The notes under the pieces were generated by a model that saw nothing but the letters and a program-made list of their open reading frames with translations, did no database searches and was not told the origin of the DNA. Shown here piece after piece: positions 56,051 to 64,000 of a stretch of 64,000 nucleotides of DNA. The translations under genes were made by a program, and so were the position numbers. Source of the DNA: Tubiluchus corallicola (taxonomy: Eukaryota > Animalia > Priapulida); assembly GCA_030141605.1 (NCBI GenBank), contig JAQGDQ010000058.1:467852-531851 (forward strand), read 5' to 3'. The stretch's first letter is position 1; the number at the start of each line of letters is the position of its first letter.

Positions 56051-59000
56051 AATGAGAGAATTGTTAAGTAAGTAAATTGAGCTTGAACGATTTCACACCT
56101 TTTTTAATGCGAAATTCATGTCTACGACGTGTGCACGAAAAGTTTTTGTGAAAAGTGGGGTTTATGTGCAATTTTTGCTATCTTTTTAATCGTGCCTTTA
56201 ATTTAAACATTAATGCCGCTGAAAACTGGTTTTGTCAATCGTTCTTGAGCGGTTTAACGCCTAAAACGTGAGTGAAGTTGAGCTGAATGATTTTCACTTC
56301 AACTTGGCATGTTTCTTATAAAATTTAATCAGTATGTCAACAAAGAAATTCTTTTAATAAGACTTGCACAGCTACATATCATATGTAATTAGCGTGATGT
56401 CATGGTCGTAGTATGTGATTGGCACATTTGTGCTTGGTCGGTACCTTTTAGACCTTTCACTTTAAAAATCTCAGAATTTTATAATAACACCTGCTTTAAT
56501 TAGCTGTACATATTCGAAACAAACAAATAGTCTCAGTGAAAAGGCATTCACAACTGTGGGCTCACAGATATTACGGCTGAACTATATAAAACAAAAAACT
56601 AATGTAATCGAAAGTGTTAGTTGTATAGACCTAATTTGTGCAGCAACATTTATAGTGAATTTTTGTTACTGTAGTAATTACAATACAAATTCATCGTGGC
56701 TTACATAATTTATAAACGCGGTCCACAAAAAGCCATTGTTATTATGATTTTAAAATAATTTTGACGGCGTAGTTTTAATAGGGGGATTAAGGCATATAAT
56801 CAGGTACTTTGCGGGAAAAGAGCCAAATTTGACCCAGGCGAATCTCTTGTAACTTGGAATTTTTTGTGGCATGGAATGGCAAGTCTTCTATGGATTGCGT
56901 TAAGACACCACAACTACTTGTGCGGGAAGTGCATATAAGTAGCGCCATAGTTTTAACAAGGTTAACTGTAACTTCAGAAGATTCACCGGTACCAACATGC
57001 ACTTAAGCTTCATATTCGCAGTACACAGTAGAAAACACGCTTAGTTTTCAGCGAACAAAAAATGTTTATTAGTCTTGGCTACATACTATACTGTACTATA
57101 CTGATGATTCGAGTTTTTAAGCTAAGTAATGATTAAGTATTCGTATTTCAACTACATATATCTTAATTTTTTAGTTTGGTTGGGTACTATTAAGCACCTA
57201 TTTATTTATTTTGTCATTTAACATTACGATTGATATAATTGTCATTTTCATCGTTATATATATATATATATATGGTAATATTAAGTGAAGAAATAAATAA
57301 ATCATAAATACCGTTTATATAAGTTTTTGTAAAAGAACTGTCTGTGTTTGTAGATATAATTTACGTATTTACTTTATACTTGTTTTGCGGTTTATTTTAT
57401 TTATTTTTGAATATTTATTCTACTTTATCTGAAACATTTATAAGATATACAATATTTTTAAAAGACGACATTTATAGCAGTTTATAATTCCTCTGCGCTA
57501 ACCTGTATACATCATATGAAACAACAAATAAGATTAAATTTACATAAGTTCAGATTGGATAAATTTCACAATACGAACATTAAAAATACACGAAAAAAAT
57601 CAATAAAATATATTTGCGATAAAAGTGTATCGCGAATATAAGAGGTCGTTCATATTTACGTTGAAAACACGTAAGACTGGGCACTAAGTGTATTCTCTCA
57701 CTTCCCTGTAGTGTCTACCCAAATAAAACATGCACACTTTGTACACTTCACTAAGCTATTGAAAAAAATTGGCGAGTGACAATATTAAACAGCAGAAAAT
57801 CTCTAACCAAGTATTTGCAACCAGACCAAAGTTATGGTTACGAAGATGATGAAGCTATACGTGAAAACAGCTAGGATTTCAAAAATTTTCTGATAAAAAG
57901 GTCGAGGGAAAATCTAGGAAGTATAAAATCAGAAATTGCAGAAATTTGATTGCTTCTGAAAAGCCAAGACCTGCATTGAGAGCCATAGGTCTAAATTCAA
58001 TTTAAAATTCAATGAACACAGGTTACCGATACTTATTATGTAATATTAAGGGTAATAAACTACACTTAGTTAGTACCATACAGTATACAGCATGTATAAT
58101 CCTAACACACATGTACCGTTGAACTTAATACAATATTATTTTAAAAAATAAATTTTGAGGATGTGGCGGGGACCCCGGGGGAGTTGACCATTGAAGAAGG
58201 TGGCGCTAAGAACACCTGCTTAGCGCATCAAATTCCCCTGTCTATGATATAACTAATTACAAAGGGAATGCGCTTACGAAACTTTGCAAAACTTTAACCT
58301 CTCGGTTTTTTATTAAAGTGCGTGGAAAATCGTGTGACCTCCGACAACCTACTTGGACGCGCAACTTGTATTATATTACTTGTGTAAAAGCACTCCTGTT
58401 TATAGTGAAATCCTGATAGTCGCCAATGCTTTTGCTTTTTTTACAAGGTCCGCTTTAACAAGATGAATTATTTAGAACATTGTTAAAAAGTATCGTCATT
58501 CAATCATTATATAATCGAACAAAACATGACTGCTTAATATGGTTGTCATATGTCGAATATACGACAATGGGGTGCTGCTGCCATTGGCCTGGCCGGTCAG
58601 CTATACTGACGATTTAACAATTTTAGCATCTAGCGCAAAAGTATTATAAGAGATGCTACTGATCTGTTATGCTAATGAATACGACACAAGTTTTGTGAAT
58701 ATACAGGGTGACAAAATTAAAAGTAAATGCATTTGATTTAAAGCGCTAAAAACATACAATGAAAAAAAATCGATATCCACGTATTATGCATTCGGTACGC
58801 CACTCACCTGGTGTGATATGGTCATCCATCTTAGAACACATTTGTCCTTTGACTTATTATCACAGTTTCTATGGAAGACAGATAATTGTAAATTAAAGCG
58901 CGTAAGCATTGGTGCCTCCCATATAGAACACACACTTATATATTACCTTATACTGTCTTGTTATTGATATTATCTGTATCAAAGTAAACATGTGCCACTT

Positions 59001-59879
59001 TACATACTTTTCCATTTGTGCCTTTTTTCCTGTGCCATTTTACCTACTTTTTCATTTGTGCCATTTTTCCTGTGACATTTTTACTTCGCACAGTAGTGAT
59101 CTGTTAGAAAATGGAGATAATATTTTGACTCGGAGATCAACGAAGGAAAAAACTTTGATGGGATACCAACAAGCAATTGTTAATGCGGCTAGAGACTGCA
59201 TCAAGTGCTTAGACAGTAATGGCTTTAATTTTCTAAACAACACGGCAGCAATCAATATTAGATTAAACTGTTGCATGCTACCGTAATTATTAAGAACATT
59301 GTACTGCTTGTATCTTTTATAAGAAATATTTGGTTTCTATTGTTTATTGGTAGAACTGGCTTATTGATTAGGCTCTTTTATTGATTAATGTTTGTTGTTA
59401 TCATTATGTTTTTATTACTAATCGTGTATTGTATCATTATAATTAGCTTTTCTTTGCTTTTTTGCCATTGAGCCATTTTGGCTGTGCCGTTTTCTCTCTT
59501 TATCTCCTTACAGATAATTATGACTGATAACATTTTTAAATGAAATATTTATGTATGTGTATAAAGTATGTTCGAAGTAAAATGATATTAATATTGATAT
59601 AAAACGTAATGTTAGCAAGTAGCAATGTAATGTTAGCAACGTAATGTTAGCAATGATAGCCAGTAGCAATGATGATGACGATGATGGTGGTGGTGGTGGT
59701 GATGATGACGATGACATCTTCGAGATATTGAAGGACTTGTCAAAACTTCATATGAATTTTTAACAAAAGTTTGTATACATAAAATTTAAAGATGTAATGC
59801 CCTCAGTACTTCAAGGTTTTGAAGCTGAAGGCTGAAGGGCATCAAACGAATGAAGATCTATAAATATTTTTGGTACCAT

Positions 59880-60530
59880 GCACTTCTGTAATTTAAATCA
59901 AATTAAAACTAATTAATAATTAATTAAACGTCTCAAATTAATTAACTAATTGACAAATAGCTACAATTTTTTGTTTTGTTTAAACCGCATCCTAGCTAAT
60001 TAACTCGTTAGATCATGGGAACATGCAATTTAAATTAAATTTAAATTAATATAATTAATTAATTAATTAAACAGCTGTGATTAATTAGCTAATTAGCAAA
60101 TTGTTAAATTTTCTTGTTTTCAACCAATGACATTCCATCTAATCATCCTATCAAATTTTCTACTCAATTGGATCATCGGAACATGCAATTTACATCAATT
60201 TAAAATAAACTCTTTCTAATTGACTAATGAACGAATTCCTACACTTTTTCGAATCAAAAAGTCTCTCTAGCTAATCATTCTTTCAATTCCTGAGAAGATA
60301 CAATGTAAACTAATTTAAAACTTATTGATTAAACGGCTATAACAAATTATATGAAAAGCGAATTGCTATAAATTTTTGTTGTGAACCAATAACATCCTCG
60401 TCACAGCAAACTTCAACTCAGTTGGGTATATACTTTTGGTAAATAGCTTTAATTAATTAGCTATTTAGCGAATTGTGACATTTTTTGTCTTAAACCAAGT
60501 ACATCCTATCTAATCATTACACCAAACGTG
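59880..60530. repeat. Degenerate AT-rich internally repetitive element
   Basis: Recurring blocks ttaattagctaattagcaaattg, catcc/ttccatctaatcat and gatcat(c)ggaacatgcaattt at roughly 100-160 nt spacing; probably a non-autonomous transposon relic. Confidence 0.45.
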
Positions 60531-61574
60531 TGACGGGCAGAGTGAATGTGCGAATAACCAATTTTTTTTATGAACCGAGCTAACGTTCAGGAATTTTGTC
60601 TCTCATTGCACAATACACAATGATAGTTACTTTTTTATAGAAAATTAAGATCACAATAGATTTTTACAATTAAAGGAAATCCAGCAAAAAGGTGCGAAAC
60701 TTCTGCTCTGTAAATAAATATGAAATCAACGCGAAACTTACGAAAATGTCATATGTACTTTGCGAACTCAAAAAAAAAACAAGCAAGATAATCGTCAATA
60801 AACAGAGATAAACATTTAAAAAGTTATCACAGATTCGATTTTGGTGGAGCAAAAAATAGCATCCTTCTAATGACGTTACAAATGGGGTTCTAGTAATACG
60901 TTGCATTCAGTTGTAAAAGGAATACTGAAAAACTGATATAACATGAAAACTGCTATGCGATTAATGCTTTTAATTATTATACATGTACTTTCATTACTAT
61001 ATCCCACTTGAATACGAAACGAACAGATCAGATGAAACAGGAAGTGTTTCCATATTGAATAACTAGAAAATGGGGTTACTTGAAACTACAACGTGTTTCG
61101 CATATTATGTCACGTCTACTGTGATTGGTGAATTAGATTCAAGTTGAACAGGTAATTCTGGCTGGCTTTTTCTGGGTAATTTCTTCCGTATTCAACCACG
61201 ACCATGTTTATTCCTGTAACTTTAGTAGATCACTAAATTACATTATGATAGCATAAAGGTTGTACATAAATTCGGCTTCGTTGGTAATTGTTAATATTAC
61301 AATGGTGCAAATATTGATGTTGTGTGACGTTATTTCCGTTGTCACGCGTGCTACGGAACAGGAAATTAACGTTTGTGTCAGTGCTGATAATGGATTAATT
61401 GATATTGTTCTAATTGCTGAATTCGTAAACAACTCAGAAGCACAGAACGGAATCTACGCATAGGTCTGCAAGGCCTACCTGCACGAATGTAATTGTTTGA
61501 CGAAAAGCTACTGTGGAAGAAAAAATATGTTGTTTACTCAGAAGATAATCTGGATTAAAGTCTACTTTATTAAG

Positions 61575-63494
61575 ATGCGACGAAAACTCAGGCCAACAGT
61601 TACTGTATGTTTGTTGTTCCTGAGCATGGCTATTCTTGTCCTGCCATTTTCTCCAAATAGACTATGGGGTAACCAAACAAAAGCTTACGCTGAGAAACAT
61701 TTGCAAACAAACACATTTGGTCACCAAAACACAAATAACAACGCTAAGACAACAAAGAAGAAACGGCTGATTGATCTACCAGGGTGTAAAATTGATGATT
61801 TTGATGTCTTCGATTCTTCGATTGCTCCTTATGTACAACATGTTGATGCCATCGAATGCACTGAACTTGCAGTGACGTTTGTCGAAGATCATTACATAAA
61901 GTTTAACTCTTCCCTCTTGGGAAGATTAATAACGAAAATTCACAGGTGTGAGTATAGGTCAATAAAACGGGATTACATGGACATGTTTCAATATTCTCCT
62001 GCCGTTTCTCTAGAAATCAACATCAAGTTTGATGTGGGAGATGATAGCTTTGGTAGAATCGATTGTTTCAGTAACACGAACCATATGATCTACACGAACT
62101 TTCACTATTTCATAAACGTGAAAAGTGTGCCATCGCAAACCAGTTCCCCAAACGCAGGTTACAAACCCTACAATGTGTTGTTACTCGGTATTGATTCAGT
62201 GTCCAGATTGAACTTCATTCGGCAAATGCCGAAAACATTTAGTTTCCTTACTAAGGAATTAGAAGCCATTCAACTTCTAGGTTACAATAAGGTAGCTGAT
62301 AATACCTTTCCCAATATTCTCGCCTTACTAACGGGGCAAACCAAGGAACAGATCGCGACTTTTAAACAAATGAGGAGCCATGCCTTTGACTGGTTTCCAT
62401 TCATATGGAAAGATTACAAAGACAACGGTTACTCTACCTTGTACGCAGAGGACGACTGCAAGATTTCGTCATTTAATTATTTTAAGAAAGGATTTTTTGC
62501 GCCTCCAACCGATCATTACCTAAGACCTTTCGTCTGCGCAATGGAATTATATCTTGCCGACAGAGAAAAGTTGGGCCACATTCCATGCATTGGTTCAAAG
62601 TCCGAAAGTAAAATAATTTTAGATTACTTGATGGCGTATTTAACAACAAATCCTACCACGCCAAAATTTGCCTTTACTTTCCTATCGCGAGACACGCACA
62701 ATCGATTTAATATGGCCGTTGACGATATCCATTTTGATTTTTTTCGTCAATTGGTAAAAACCGGAATAGCAAATAATATGTTTATTGTGTTATTCTCTGA
62801 CCACGGCCTACGAATAGGGAACGTACAAAATATCGACATTGCGAAAGTGGAGGAACGCATGCCAATGGCTTATGTTGTTCCGTCACCATCGTTTAAAGAG
62901 CGTTTTAAAATACTTTTTAATGACTTATTAGTAAACGCAATTCGATTAACAACTCCTTTTGACATTCATAAAATGCTAGAGGATATTCTTAGCTTACCCG
63001 CTGAGTCTAGCAATAATAAAAGAAAAAATGGTTTAAGCTTATTCAAAGCAGTGCCTAAAAACCGAACTTGTCTAGTGGCTGGTATTCCACGACATTGGTG
63101 CGCCTGCCAGCTGGCGACATCTGTTGTCAGTCCGCGCAACGAAAGCGTGATAAAAGCTGCTAAAGCTTTCGTCAGAATAATCAATACTTACCTGTCAAAT
63201 CATCGAAATACATGTGCAGAATATGTCATAAAAAATATTACTAAGGCTAGAGTAAGTCAAGACGTTGTAGATAGTACATATGTGAATAACTATCTTATAA
63301 CCGTGATTGTTTCCCCATCAAAACACAAAGAAAGGAACGTCTACGCAGTTTTTGAAGGAACTGTTATTTATAACTTATCTAAGAAAAAATTTTCTGTTGC
63401 TCCAGGAATCAGTAGGTTAAACCTATACGGAAGACAATCTTCTTGCACTTCGCATCCTAAACTAAGGAAGCTTTGTTATTGTCATCGCAAATAA
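61575..63494 (+). CDS. DUF229-family (alkaline phosphatase/sulfatase superfamily) type II membrane protein, intronless CDS
   Basis: Basic N-terminus plus a TM helix, GCKI, NVLLLGIDSVSRLNFIRQMPKT, GYNKVADNTFPN, PFIWKDY, YAED, PTDHYLRP, FSDHG.R, EERMP, RLTTPFDIH, RTC..AGIP.HWCAC, SRLN.YG.QS.C, CYC. Start ATG is 61575 or 61527; AATAAA overlaps the stop. Confidence 0.9.
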   Translation: MRRKLRPTVTVCLLFLSMAILVLPFSPNRLWGNQTKAYAEKHLQTNTFGHQNTNNNAKTTKKKRLIDLPGCKIDDFDVFDSSIAPYVQHVDAIECTELAVTFVEDHYIKFNSSLLGRLITKIHRCEYRSIKRDYMDMFQYSPAVSLEINIKFDVGDDSFGRIDCFSNTNHMIYTNFHYFINVKSVPSQTSSPNAGYKPYNVLLLGIDSVSRLNFIRQMPKTFSFLTKELEAIQLLGYNKVADNTFPNILALLTGQTKEQIATFKQMRSHAFDWFPFIWKDYKDNGYSTLYAEDDCKISSFNYFKKGFFAPPTDHYLRPFVCAMELYLADREKLGHIPCIGSKSESKIILDYLMAYLTTNPTTPKFAFTFLSRDTHNRFNMAVDDIHFDFFRQLVKTGIANNMFIVLFSDHGLRIGNVQNIDIAKVEERMPMAYVVPSPSFKERFKILFNDLLVNAIRLTTPFDIHKMLEDILSLPAESSNNKRKNGLSLFKAVPKNRTCLVAGIPRHWCACQLATSVVSPRNESVIKAAKAFVRIINTYLSNHRNTCAEYVIKNITKARVSQDVVDSTYVNNYLITVIVSPSKHKERNVYAVFEGTVIYNLSKKKFSVAPGISRLNLYGRQSSCTSHPKLRKLCYCHRK

Positions 63495-64000
63495 AAAGCA
63501 ATTTCAGAGCAAAAGTAATAATAAAAAAGTTATAAAACCACAGCCACAATATTGCTTCTAATAATAATAATAATATTAGTATATAATATTATTTATATAA
63601 CAATATATTAATTATATAAAACATAAACTACAGAAACAATGCAGTTATTACAAAGTGGCACATTAATAATCTATATGAGGCTGTGTTAGCTATACGTGAA
63701 GAACACGAAGCGATATTGCTGAAATGTTACATCTATTGAAGAAATCATGACTGAATAACATTTTAAATGCTAGCCATTTTTGAAATCTGAATTGTTTAAA
63801 CTCGTTAGCGCTAACCACAGGTTGGCTTACTAATCTCTCATTACGTTTATGGTAGACCAGAATGCCTTCAAAGCTTGAAAAAAACATATTTGAATATCTT
63901 ATTAATTTTATTTGGGTGACTGATGACAGAACTACATTTGGACTCAGTCAAAATACTTCAATAACCGAAACTTAGTTCCAAGCGAAAGGCAGACTTCTGG

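Overview
AT-rich, intron-containing animal (invertebrate, probably protostome) genomic DNA. The main feature is a minus-strand natriuretic-peptide-receptor-like (receptor guanylyl cyclase type, ANF_receptor/periplasmic-binding-protein fold) gene with a variable/constant cluster architecture. Six paralogous ~640-670 nt cassettes (V1-V6, 4.2-41.3 kb; five intact, one pseudogenised) each encode a signal peptide plus the N-terminal ~200 aa of the ligand-binding ectodomain. All end in the same phase-1 donor (AGA G|GT), which fits a single set of downstream exons (C1 2642-2785, C2 959-1107; the gene runs off the left edge). This resembles clustered protocadherin/UGT1A/sDscam organisation but in a hormone-receptor family. 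The right part holds a 3-exon fuseless-like membrane protein gene and an intronless DUF229 gene (both +). Intergenic and intronic DNA contains a 70-bp minisatellite, microsatellites, hAT and Tc1/pogo-type MITEs, decayed LINEs and tRNA-like relics. All calls are by eye; no searches were run.
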